Assembly (NCBI GenBank): GCA_963662585.1
Contig: OY759729.1
Location: 1,696,001-1,760,000, forward strand
Direction of reading: 5' to 3'
Source: Candidatus Cloacimonadales bacterium
Lineage (GTDB): Bacteria > Cloacimonadota > Cloacimonadia > Cloacimonadales > JAFGVF01
Length of the DNA: 64,000 nucleotides
Of the stretch, positions 51,483-60,710 are shown piece after piece (position 1 is the stretch's first letter; each line of letters starts with the position of its first letter). The position numbers and the translations under genes are program-made. The notes beneath the pieces are model-generated. The model did not search any database, had not been told where the DNA came from, and worked only from the letters and a program-made list of their open reading frames with translations.

Positions 51483-51679
51483 TTAAAACTGCTACACCTA
51501 ATCCCCTTCAGCGATATGAGTAGGAAATAAATTGACTTAACTGGGAGTACATAGATAGGACTCAATTTTTGTATCTTTTTTATCTATATTTCTGCCCTCT
51601 ATTCTTTTTTCCTTGACTACAAAGCTCTCTTTCAGATTAGATACATTTAATTAAGTACAAAATGGAGAATTATTAATAG

Positions 51680-53113
51680 ATGCTCTTTAATTCATTTATA
51701 TTTTTAATATTTTTAGGGGTAGTTTTACCTATATTTTATCTTTTACCTAACAAGAAGAGTAAGAACTTATTTCTGCTATTTAGCAGTTATTTTTTCTATG
51801 GTTATTGGGATTGGAAATTTTGCTCTTTATTAGCAATTTCTACAATTGTTGATTACTATTTAGGGAAAAAACTCTTTAACGAGCAGAGAGAAAAGCAAAG
51901 AAAAATCTATCTAGCAATGAGTATGATTGTTAATTTAGGTTTATTGGGAGTATTTAAATACTTTAATTTCTTTGTTGATAGCTTTTCTAACTTAACAAGT
52001 AATTTTGGCTATGATTTAGATTTTTTACATCTAAATATTATTTTACCTGTTGGAATTTCCTTCTACACTTTTCAAACTATGTCATACACTATTGATATCT
52101 ATAAGAAGCAATTAGAACCTACTAATTCATTTATTGATTTTGCTCTATTTGTATCATTTTTCCCACAATTAGTAGCTGGTCCAATTGAAAGAGCAAGTAA
52201 TCTATTACCTCAGCTCCATCATAAACTAGCTCCTAATAAAGAGCAAATCCAAAAAGGAATAGTTTTAATTATCACGGGATTGTTTAAGAAGGTTATGGTA
52301 GGTGATACAACTGGAAGATATGTTGATCAACTATTTGGGAATCCTGAACTCTACAAATCACCAGAATTATTAGCAGGTTTAGTACTATTTTCAATCCAAA
52401 TCTATGCAGATTTCTCAGGTTACAGCAATATTGCTCGCGGTACAGCCAAATTATTAGGTGTAGAATTGATGAAAAACTTTGAACAACCCTATCTTTCAAC
52501 AAATATTACAGAATTTTGGAGAAGATGGCATATCTCACTATCTAGCTGGCTAAAAGATTATCTCTATATTTCCTTAGGGGGTAACAGAAAAGGTAAAGTT
52601 AGGACCTATATCAATCTTTTCACGACTATGCTACTTGGTGGTCTATGGCATGGGGCAGCTTGGACTTTCGTTATCTGGGGCGGACTTCATGGAATTTACT
52701 TGGCAATTCACAAAGCGATTCTGGGAAATAGAAAAATTAATATTTCTTATAGATATACAGGAATTATTAGTCTATTGAATTTCTCAGTTAAATGCATATT
52801 CACTAATATTTTAGTTCTCTTTACTTGGCTTTTCTTTAGAGTTAAGAGTTTAAGTGAAGCAAAGTATTTCTTAAGTAAAATGATCTACTGGGAATCAAGC
52901 GAATTAACTGGCATATTTATCCGAATTACTTTAGCATTTGTGCTAGTAAATTTCTTGATAGATTTCTTTGAATACAAAACTAATAAACACACTCCAGTTC
53001 TGCTAATTCCAAATTTCGGCTTTCAGTATGGAATATTATTAGTTCTATTAGGAACAACCTTACTTTATATGTTCCAATCAACTCCACTACCATTTGTTTA
53101 CTTTCAATTTTAA
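51680..53113 (+). CDS. MBOAT family O-acyltransferase (AlgI/DltB-like)
   Basis: MLFNS, LPVGISFYTFQ, FPQLVAGPIER, QIYADFSGYS, FWRRWHISLS, GLWHGA. Confidence 0.93.
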   Translation: MLFNSFIFLIFLGVVLPIFYLLPNKKSKNLFLLFSSYFFYGYWDWKFCSLLAISTIVDYYLGKKLFNEQREKQRKIYLAMSMIVNLGLLGVFKYFNFFVDSFSNLTSNFGYDLDFLHLNIILPVGISFYTFQTMSYTIDIYKKQLEPTNSFIDFALFVSFFPQLVAGPIERASNLLPQLHHKLAPNKEQIQKGIVLIITGLFKKVMVGDTTGRYVDQLFGNPELYKSPELLAGLVLFSIQIYADFSGYSNIARGTAKLLGVELMKNFEQPYLSTNITEFWRRWHISLSSWLKDYLYISLGGNRKGKVRTYINLFTTMLLGGLWHGAAWTFVIWGGLHGIYLAIHKAILGNRKINISYRYTGIISLLNFSVKCIFTNILVLFTWLFFRVKSLSEAKYFLSKMIYWESSELTGIFIRITLAFVLVNFLIDFFEYKTNKHTPVLLIPNFGFQYGILLVLLGTTLLYMFQSTPLPFVYFQF

Positions 53114-53122
53114 GAGGTTATT

Positions 53123-54151
53123 ATGAAAAATATTTTAGGCTTCATTTTAGGTATTATCGTTTGTCTAATTATTGTAGAAGCTTATGTGAGTAATTCTTTT
53201 GTTATGGATAAATACATCAATGATTATGATCCTGAAGTAGGGAGAATTAGAAGAGCCAATACTGAATATGTTAAATTTAATGAAGGTTTTGGAATAGGCA
53301 AAGTAAATAACCTTAGCTATTTAAACAAAGAATTTGCTATAGAAAAAAGTGAAAATACTATCCGAATTGCCTTGATGGGAGATTCATATGTTGAAAGCTT
53401 CCAAGTTTTTGATAGAAATTATTTTGGTAGAATAATGGAAAATATTCTCTCTGAAAAATTAAATCAAACTGTTGAAGTAATGAACTTTGGTCGAAGTGGT
53501 TTCGATATAGGTGACTGTTATGTTTATTACAATACTTTTGTTAAAAAGTTCAATCCTGATTATGTTCTGTATATATTTGGAGCTGATGATTTTAAAACAA
53601 GGTCATCTGAACCTCTATTACCTATAATTTCTTTCCAAGGTACTGAGCTCACAATTGAAAGACCTTACATCGATTCAAAATATTTATCTAAATTGAAGAA
53701 ATCAGAACCATTTTTAAAATACTCAACTTTAGTTAATAGTATGAATACTGGAAGAAAATTACTCAAAAAAGATTATATATTACCCCAACTTTTTGATAAA
53801 TTATATAAAAATAATGAAATTCCAGCCGAGAATAATGAAATTAATAATATACCACAAATAACTTTTACTCCTGAGATAGACTTGATTCTCGATCAACTAG
53901 AAGAAGCTAATGGGATTTTCTTTATAAGAAGTGATATATATATTTTAAATGATAAATATACTTTCAATAATATTACACAAGTGTTTGAGAATAAAGAATA
54001 TAATCCACATGATTGGAAGATAGCTAAAACTACTGGACACTGGAATAATCAAGCTCATAGAGATATAGGTCTTTACATGGCTGAAAAAATGGAAAAGATT
54101 ATTAGAAATACGCATGGTTTAGCTACAAATAATACTAATAAACACGAATAA
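53123..54151 (+). CDS. SGNH/GDSL hydrolase-fold protein (AlgJ/X-like partner of the MBOAT)
   Basis: IALMGDSYVES, NFGRSG, GHWNNQAH; C-terminal LATNNTNKHE encoded by a repeat. Confidence 0.75.
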   Translation: MKNILGFILGIIVCLIIVEAYVSNSFVMDKYINDYDPEVGRIRRANTEYVKFNEGFGIGKVNNLSYLNKEFAIEKSENTIRIALMGDSYVESFQVFDRNYFGRIMENILSEKLNQTVEVMNFGRSGFDIGDCYVYYNTFVKKFNPDYVLYIFGADDFKTRSSEPLLPIISFQGTELTIERPYIDSKYLSKLKKSEPFLKYSTLVNSMNTGRKLLKKDYILPQLFDKLYKNNEIPAENNEINNIPQITFTPEIDLILDQLEEANGIFFIRSDIYILNDKYTFNNITQVFENKEYNPHDWKIAKTTGHWNNQAHRDIGLYMAEKMEKIIRNTHGLATNNTNKHE

Positions 54152-55246
54152 AATAATAAGAGTAATATCTATTAATTACACGCATTGCAATAAGAGTAAG
54201 AACCTTAACACAGAGGTAATCACAGAGTTGCACAGATTTTTGAAAAAGAATAAATGCTTTCTCTTTTTGGTGTTTTTCATTGTTTTCGGTTACTAAATTA
54301 TTCTTCCTTTTTTTGTGTACTTTGTGTCTTTGTGGTAAAAAAATATCAATGGAAGAGAGATTTAGCCACAAATAACACCAAAAAACACAAATTAAAAATA
54401 AGTGACTGGGTACATATATTATATAGATTTACACTGATTATTAAGAATATTAATAATTACTAAAACTATCTTTATTATGCTTGAAGTAAATTATCTTATT
54501 TTTATAAGCAAAAAGCAATAAGCCCCTTTTTTTTTGTGTTCTTTGTGTCTTTGTGGTAAAAAAAATATAAATGGAAGAGAGATTTAGCCACAAATAACAC
54601 CAATAAACACGAATAAGAAAATAATATTCAATGTCCACAGATTACACTAATTCACACTGATTATTAAGAATATTAAATAATTACTAAAAAACTATCTTTA
54701 TTATACTTGAAGTAAATTATCTTATTTTTATAAGCAAAAGGCAATAAACCATTATTTTTTTTTGTAAAAACCTAATTTTGTGAATAGAATATTTTTTTTT
54801 CCTTAACACCCCACCTCTAACGAGGCACCCCTCTTGTACCATCGCTTTTTGCGATTAAGAGGGGACTTAAGACATAGGGGGGCTATATCTCTATCCATTT
54901 AAACGAATAATTCGTGTAATTCGTCTTAATTCTAGTTTAATTAGTGTGAAGCATTTCTTTTCTCTTCTTATCAGTGTTTTTGAGTGTTATCGGTGGCTAA
55001 ATATTTCCTTCTTTTTCTTACTTATTCGTGTCTTATTTGTGTTTATTAGTGGCTAAACTCTTCCTTTTCCTTCTTCTTTGTGTCTTTGTGCCTTTGTGGT
55101 GAAATAAAATTCGTGTAATTCGTCTTAATTCTAGTTTAATTAGTGTGAAGCATTTCTTTTCTCTTCTTATCAGTGTTTTATTCGTGTTTATTAGTGGCTA
55201 AACTCTTCTTTCTTCTTTTTTGTGTCTTTGTGCCTTTGTGGTAAAA
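54118..55246. repeat. CAC/GTG-periodic repeat field with local tandem duplications
   Basis: About 230-bp tandem pair (about 54300-54530 and 54530-54760); duplicated aattcgtgtaattcgtcttaattctagtttaattagtgtgaagc block (about 54909 and 55108); ctttgtgtctttgtgcctttgtggt arrays. Confidence 0.85.
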
Positions 55247-55337
55247 AATTTTCAAGTTAAGAAAAAAACGCTTGACTATAAAATTAAATAATATTAGTTA
55301 GCATATAGTAGAAATTAAACATTTGAGGATTATTGAA

Positions 55338-56399
55338 ATGAAGATAAATGGTAATATTTTGGTTACAGGTGGAGCAGGTTTTATTGGCGCTAATTTTATT
55401 CACTATCTATTTAGAAAAACAGATTTTACAGGTAAAGTAATCAATGTTGATAAACTAACTTATGCAGGTAATTTAGAGAATTTGAAGGATATATCAAGTG
55501 AATTTGCAGATAGATATGCTTTTCACCAAATAGATATTTGCAATTACCAAGCAATGGAAGTAATTTTCACAAAATACAATCCTCAAATAGTAATTCATTT
55601 TGCTGCTGAATCCCATGTTGATAGATCAATTCATGGTCCCAAAGAATTTATAGAAACCAATATTATCGGAACTTTTAATCTTTTAGAATTAGCCAGAAAA
55701 CACTGGCAAGATAGAAAAGATGTTCTCTTTCACCACATTTCAACAGATGAAGTGTATGGTTCTTTAGGAGAAACAGGTTACTTCTACGAAGACACCAGAT
55801 ATGATCCCCGCAGTCCCTACTCATCATCTAAAGCTTCATCCGATCACTTAGTTTCAGCCTATTTTCACACTTATGGATTACCTGTAACTATCTCCAATTG
55901 TTCCAATAATTACGGACCTTACCAATTCCCGGAAAAACTAATTCCTCTAATGATATCTAATATCTTAGAAGATAAACCCTTACCTGTTTATGGTGATGGA
56001 AAAAATATCAGAGATTGGCTCTTCGTAGAAGACCATTGTTCAGGTATCTGGAAAATAGTTCAAAATGGTACACGCGGTGAAACTTACAACATAGGTGGAG
56101 AGAATGAATGGGAAAATATTAAATTACTGCATGTTCTCTGTGAAGTTGTAGCAAAAAAATCAGATAAAGACCTTAATAAAATATTAGATTTAATTACTTA
56201 TGTCAAAGATAGAGCAGGACATGATAGACGCTATGCTATCAACTGCGATAAAATAAAGAATGAACTTGGTTGGAAGCAATCTGTAGATTTTACTGAAGGC
56301 CTAGAAAAGACTGTTGAGTGGTATTTAAGCAATACCCTGTGGATCGAGAATATTAAGACTGGGGAGTATAAGCTCTGGCTTAAGAAGAACTACGAATAA
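55338..56399 (+). CDS. rfbB: dTDP-glucose 4,6-dehydratase
   Basis: VTGGAGFIG, DKLTYAGN, AAESHVDRSI, HISTDEVYG, YSSSKA, SNNYGPYQFPEKLIP, GHDRRYA. Confidence 0.97.
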   Translation: MKINGNILVTGGAGFIGANFIHYLFRKTDFTGKVINVDKLTYAGNLENLKDISSEFADRYAFHQIDICNYQAMEVIFTKYNPQIVIHFAAESHVDRSIHGPKEFIETNIIGTFNLLELARKHWQDRKDVLFHHISTDEVYGSLGETGYFYEDTRYDPRSPYSSSKASSDHLVSAYFHTYGLPVTISNCSNNYGPYQFPEKLIPLMISNILEDKPLPVYGDGKNIRDWLFVEDHCSGIWKIVQNGTRGETYNIGGENEWENIKLLHVLCEVVAKKSDKDLNKILDLITYVKDRAGHDRRYAINCDKIKNELGWKQSVDFTEGLEKTVEWYLSNTLWIENIKTGEYKLWLKKNYE

Positions 56400-56666
56400 G
56401 ATATTTTCACCACAGAGCCACAGAGAGCACAGAGAAGAAGAAATATAAAAGTGCTTACCAAATGGTTAAAGAAAATATTGATAAGAATAAAATAATAATA
56501 ATGAATATTAAAAAAATGTATGTGATTTAATAAAAAAGACTAATAATTTGAATTATGTCTTAAAAACTCTGTGTACTCTGTGTCTCTGTGGTTAGTAAAA
56601 GAAGTAAATTATTCTTCTCTGTGTACTCCGTGTCTCAGTGGTGAGAAAAAAGAAAAGGAAAAAATT

Positions 56667-57047
56667 ATGAGTGATGGATTATATTCAGATATAACTAAGC
56701 AGATAATTGGTGCTGCTATCGAAGTTCATAGAAATTTAGGACCTGGGTTATTAGAATCTGTTTATGAAACATGCTTAATATCAGAGCTTAAACTAAGAAA
56801 TCTAAATGTAAAAAGTCAGGTAAATATACCAATTATATATAAAGACATTAAACTTGATGATCATCTACGCATAGATATATTAGTAAATGATTGTGTTATT
56901 ATAGAATTAAAGTCGGTAAATAGTATATTACCTATTCATGAAGCACAAGTGTTATCTTATATGAAATTAGCTAAAAAGAGAGTTGGTTTATTAATTAATT
57001 TTAATGCTAATATATTGGTAAATGGAGTAAAAAGAATAGTACTTTAA
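56667..57047 (+). CDS. GxxExxY protein (PD-(D/E)XK nuclease superfamily)
   Basis: IIGAAIEVHRNLGPGLLESVY, RIDILV, IIELKSV, AQVLSYMK, GLLINF; ATG 56667 after AAGGA. Confidence 0.93.
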   Translation: MSDGLYSDITKQIIGAAIEVHRNLGPGLLESVYETCLISELKLRNLNVKSQVNIPIIYKDIKLDDHLRIDILVNDCVIIELKSVNSILPIHEAQVLSYMKLAKKRVGLLINFNANILVNGVKRIVL

Positions 57048-57161
57048 TTTCATGTTTAAAAAAAACTCTGTGCTTCTGTCACTTTATGATAAAAAAAAGA
57101 AGTAAATTATTCTTCTCTGTGTACTCTGTGTCTCTGTGCTCAATAAAAAAAAGGAGAAAGT

Positions 57162-58190
57162 ATGATTAATAATGTTAAATTAGATAATTTTGGACCAATC
57201 AAGCATTTAGATTGGCAAAACATCAGTAATATGAATGTCATTATCGGTAAAAACAGTACAGGTAAAACTTTTCTTCTTAAGTCTCTTTATACAGCTATGA
57301 AAACAATAGAAGAATATAGAAGAGGAGATAATCCAAAATCATTGTCAGATATTCTTTTAGATAAATTGATTTGGACATTTCAAACAGACACTATTGGTGA
57401 TTTAGTAAATAAAGAAGAAAATTCACTTAGTTTTAGTATGGATTTTAAAAACCAACATTGGAATTATTCCTTTGGCAAAGAAACATCTAAACAGATAAAA
57501 TCTATTGAATATCATATAGATAAAAGGGAAATTGATAACTCTATTTTCTTGCCTGCCAAAGAAATTACTTCGTTAGACAAAATTATTTTTGATAGTAGAG
57601 AAAATAAGCAACTTTTTGGTTTTGATAATACTTACTATGATTTAGCAAAAGCTATCAGACAAAGCACTCAAAAAGGAAGAAATTTTCCAGAATTCGCTAA
57701 ATGTAGAAAGAGTCTTAAAGACATTATTGAAGGTAGAATTGAGTTTGACACTAAGTCTGAAAAATGGTTTTATAAAAAAGGAAATCAAAAATTTTCAATA
57801 GGTATGACTGCTGAAGGAATTAAAAAGATAGCAATTATTGATATTCTATTAGGAAATAGGTATATAACTAAAGATTCAGTAATTTTTATAGATGAACCAG
57901 AATCAGCTCTCCACCCCAACGCTATATCTCAATTTTTAGAATTATTAGATGAGTTGAGTGAAGCAGGCATACAAATCTTCATGGCAACCCACTCTTATTT
58001 TGTAATAAAAAAACTGTATCTAATTGCTCAGAAGGAAAATAAATCAATATCAGGAATTTCATTTGATGAAAGATATGATAATAAATATACAGAGTTTGAT
58101 CTTAAAGATGAAATGCCAAAAAACTCCATAATTGAAGAATCAATTAACCTCTATAAAGAAGAAGTTGAAATTGGTTGGGGCAATGAATAA
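57162..58190 (+). CDS. ABC-type AAA_15/AAA_21 (AbiEii/OLD-like) ATPase
   Basis: NFGPI, Walker A GKNSTGKT, degenerate signature TAEGIKK, IDEPESALHP, ATHS. Confidence 0.85.
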   Translation: MINNVKLDNFGPIKHLDWQNISNMNVIIGKNSTGKTFLLKSLYTAMKTIEEYRRGDNPKSLSDILLDKLIWTFQTDTIGDLVNKEENSLSFSMDFKNQHWNYSFGKETSKQIKSIEYHIDKREIDNSIFLPAKEITSLDKIIFDSRENKQLFGFDNTYYDLAKAIRQSTQKGRNFPEFAKCRKSLKDIIEGRIEFDTKSEKWFYKKGNQKFSIGMTAEGIKKIAIIDILLGNRYITKDSVIFIDEPESALHPNAISQFLELLDELSEAGIQIFMATHSYFVIKKLYLIAQKENKSISGISFDERYDNKYTEFDLKDEMPKNSIIEESINLYKEEVEIGWGNE

Positions 58191-58689
58191 AATTATATCA
58201 GAATCAGGAATGAATTTTGGACCATTTGATGAAAAATATCTTTATGAAATAGAAAAGAGTAAAATGGTTCAAACATTACAGATAAAAATTGTAGAATTTA
58301 TAGTCTATTATAAAAAATCTCTGATATTTTTGGAAGCTAAAAGTTCTTCACCAGAACCTAATCAAGCTTTATCTGATAGACAATGTAATTTTGATGACTA
58401 TATTGAAAATGTTTCCAGAAAATTTATAAATTCAGTTAATATGTTTGTATCAATTTGTATCAAGAGGAATAAAGATAAGATTAGTACAGAATTGGAGAGA
58501 ATAGATTTCTCAACAATAAACATAAAATTGTTACTGGTGATTAAAGACCATAAAACCGAATGGTTATCTCCGATAAGTGATGCTTTGAAAACTAGATTAA
58601 ATGATTTATGTAAAACTTTTAATATTAATCCTATCAATATCTTAATAATAAATGATATGATGGCTAAAGAAAAAAAGCTACTTGCTTAA
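58183..58689 (+). CDS. Hypothetical protein, possible PD-(D/E)XK nuclease, coupled to the ATPase
   Basis: 8-nt overlap with ATPase stop; VEFI...IFLEAKSS resembles an (E/D)...ExK motif. Confidence 0.55.
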   Translation: MNKIISESGMNFGPFDEKYLYEIEKSKMVQTLQIKIVEFIVYYKKSLIFLEAKSSSPEPNQALSDRQCNFDDYIENVSRKFINSVNMFVSICIKRNKDKISTELERIDFSTINIKLLLVIKDHKTEWLSPISDALKTRLNDLCKTFNINPINILIINDMMAKEKKLLA

Positions 58690-58998
58690 CAAGAGATAAA
58701 AATAAACTAAAAAGTGTAAAATATAAGACCAAAGGAAACTAAGATATTAATAATATTGAGATGTTTTCTTAAAACTCAGTGTCTCTGTGGTAAAATAAAG
58801 AAGTAAATTATTCTTATCTGTGTCTCTGTGGTGAAAAAAGAAGTAAATTATTCTTCTTTGTGTACTCTGTGTACTCTGTGGTGAGAAAATATTGTGTTAC
58901 TAGTGCTTCAGATAAAAGCAATCTGTAAGTCATAGGGCGAAGCTCGCTTAAAAAATTATAGTTCAAAGGTGTCCAAAAGTATTTACAAGGAGATAATT

Positions 58999-59808
58999 TT
59001 GTATCGAAGCTTTCATTTCATACCTGCTGATAATCTAAAATTCTTAGATAATATTAATAAATTAAGTGCAGATAATTTCATCTTGGATTTAGAAGATAGT
59101 GTTGACCAAAAAAATAAAAATATTGCTCGAGAGAATATTGAGAATTTCTTAAAAGGTACCAAAGATTTTTCTAATATCTGGATTAGGAGTAATAGTAGCG
59201 ATAGTGATGAATTTAGTAAAGATATTGAGCTATTAAAAAAATATCCTAAAGGGGGTTTAGTTCTCCCTAAAGTCGAAACTATTCAAGATGTGAATTCTAT
59301 CACATCTCAGATAAAAAACAGACTTATAATTTTAATCGAAAGTTTTTTAGGTTTGAATAACATTAACACTTTAATAGATAACCAGCAAGTTGTAGGTCTA
59401 GGTTTAGGTTTAGAAGATATGTTAATTAATTTACCACGAAATGAATCAGAATTATCTGAATTATTACGAGGGATTTATCAAAAATTTATTCTATCTGTTA
59501 AGATTACAAATAAATATTGTTTTGCTGGTATAACAAGCAATTATAAAAACGAAGAGCAATTAATAGATGACTGTAATAAAGCTGTTTCTTATGGTTTTGA
59601 TGGGAAATTTTCAATTCATCCTAGTCAGATTTGGACTATAAACAAGATATTCTCAATATCACAAGAAAACATAGCTTGGGCAGAGAATATAGGTAAAATA
59701 AGCAAATTAGATGAGTCTTTAGGTTATCAAATCATTAGTGGTATGTTAATTACACCACCAAAAATTAAAAAAGCAAAAACTATTTTAAGCATATTGGAGA
59801 AATTATGA
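58999..59808 (+). CDS. CitE/HpcH aldolase-citrate lyase family protein
   Basis: RSFHFIPA, LDLEDSV, LPKVE, GLEDM, GKFSIHPSQ; TTG start 58999 follows AAGGAG. Confidence 0.85.
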   Translation: MYRSFHFIPADNLKFLDNINKLSADNFILDLEDSVDQKNKNIARENIENFLKGTKDFSNIWIRSNSSDSDEFSKDIELLKKYPKGGLVLPKVETIQDVNSITSQIKNRLIILIESFLGLNNINTLIDNQQVVGLGLGLEDMLINLPRNESELSELLRGIYQKFILSVKITNKYCFAGITSNYKNEEQLIDDCNKAVSYGFDGKFSIHPSQIWTINKIFSISQENIAWAENIGKISKLDESLGYQIISGMLITPPKIKKAKTILSILEKL

Positions 59809-60698
59809 AAAAGGGTTCAAATTACCTATTAAGAAGTTTAATGTTTGTTCCAGGTCATAATGACAAATTGTTAGCAAGTGCTGCTAAATCCCAAGCTGAT
59901 GTTTTGTTACTTGATTTAGAAGATTCTGTTCTTCCTGCAAGCAATAAAGCTATTGCTAGGAACAAAATCAAAGAATTTGTTGAAGGTACTGATTTGAAGA
60001 ATAAATTGATCTTCCCTCGAGTTAATGACAGAGAGAGTGGTTTTCTACTTAAAGATGTACATGAATTAACAATTCCCAGAATCACAGGTTTTATGTATCC
60101 AAAATCTAAATCAGCTGAAGATATCTATTTCTTTGATAAGTTATTAGAAACTATCGAATATGAAAAAGGTTTTCCTGTTGGAACATTCAAAATAATTCCT
60201 TTAATAGAGACCTCAGCAGCAGTATTAAATGCTCAAGATATCTGTAAAGCCTCTTCTCGGGTTATTGCAATAGCTTTTGGTTGTGAAGATTTTATAACAG
60301 ATTTACAAGGAATTCATGATAAAGATGAGACAAGTATTTTTACACCTCGAGCATTAATAGCAATGGCAGCTAGGGCTACTAATGTTATCCCTATTGATAC
60401 TGTCCATATCAATGTACACGATCTTGCTGATTTAGAGAAAAATTTAATTATCGGGAAGAACTTAGGGTTTGAAGGAATGTTAGTTTTACATCCAAAAGAA
60501 TTACCTTTAATTCATCAATATTATACTCCTACTGAAGAAGAAATTGCTAATGCTAAACTAATGTTGGAACTTTCAGAAGAAGCTAAAAAGGATGGAAAAG
60601 GAGTCGCTATGATGAATGGAAAGTTTATCGGACCTCCAATGGTGGAAACTGCAAAGAAAATACTAAATAGGGCTATTTTAGTTGTTAATAATAATTAG
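59805..60698 (+). CDS. CitE/malyl-CoA lyase family CoA-ester lyase
   Basis: RSLMFVPG, LDLEDSV, PRVN, PLIET, FGCEDF, GMLVLHP. Confidence 0.88.
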   Translation: MKKGSNYLLRSLMFVPGHNDKLLASAAKSQADVLLLDLEDSVLPASNKAIARNKIKEFVEGTDLKNKLIFPRVNDRESGFLLKDVHELTIPRITGFMYPKSKSAEDIYFFDKLLETIEYEKGFPVGTFKIIPLIETSAAVLNAQDICKASSRVIAIAFGCEDFITDLQGIHDKDETSIFTPRALIAMAARATNVIPIDTVHINVHDLADLEKNLIIGKNLGFEGMLVLHPKELPLIHQYYTPTEEEIANAKLMLELSEEAKKDGKGVAMMNGKFIGPPMVETAKKILNRAILVVNNN

Positions 60699-60710
60699 TA
60701 AAGGAATAAC

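Larger units (their letters stand above)
56408..58888. repeat. CTCTGTG-periodic repeat modules separating the GxxExxY gene and the ATPase cassette
   Basis: accacagagccacagagagcacagag at about 56409; ctctgtgtactctgtgtctctgtggt variants at about 56567, 56617, 57066, 57115, 58774, 58817, 58856, several preceded by agaagtaaattattctt. Confidence 0.85.

Noticed and set aside
54135..54638. ORFs at 54135, 54254 and 54450
   Set aside because: Read through the CAC/GTG-periodic repeats on both strands; no recognisable domain
56408..58888. Integron attC cassette array
   Set aside because: The modules are not long imperfect palindromes with RYYYAAC/GTTRRRY ends, and no integron integrase is present
3709..60085. 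Short overlapping or antisense ORFs in the track (e.g. 3709, 5746, 5756, 5980, 10103, 11016, 13489, 18269, 20439, 23557, 24355, 26443, 31192, 35580, 35956, 36288, 47100, 49238, 52293, 58398, 59855)
   Set aside because: Shadows of well-supported genes on the other strand or frame, with no motifs of their own
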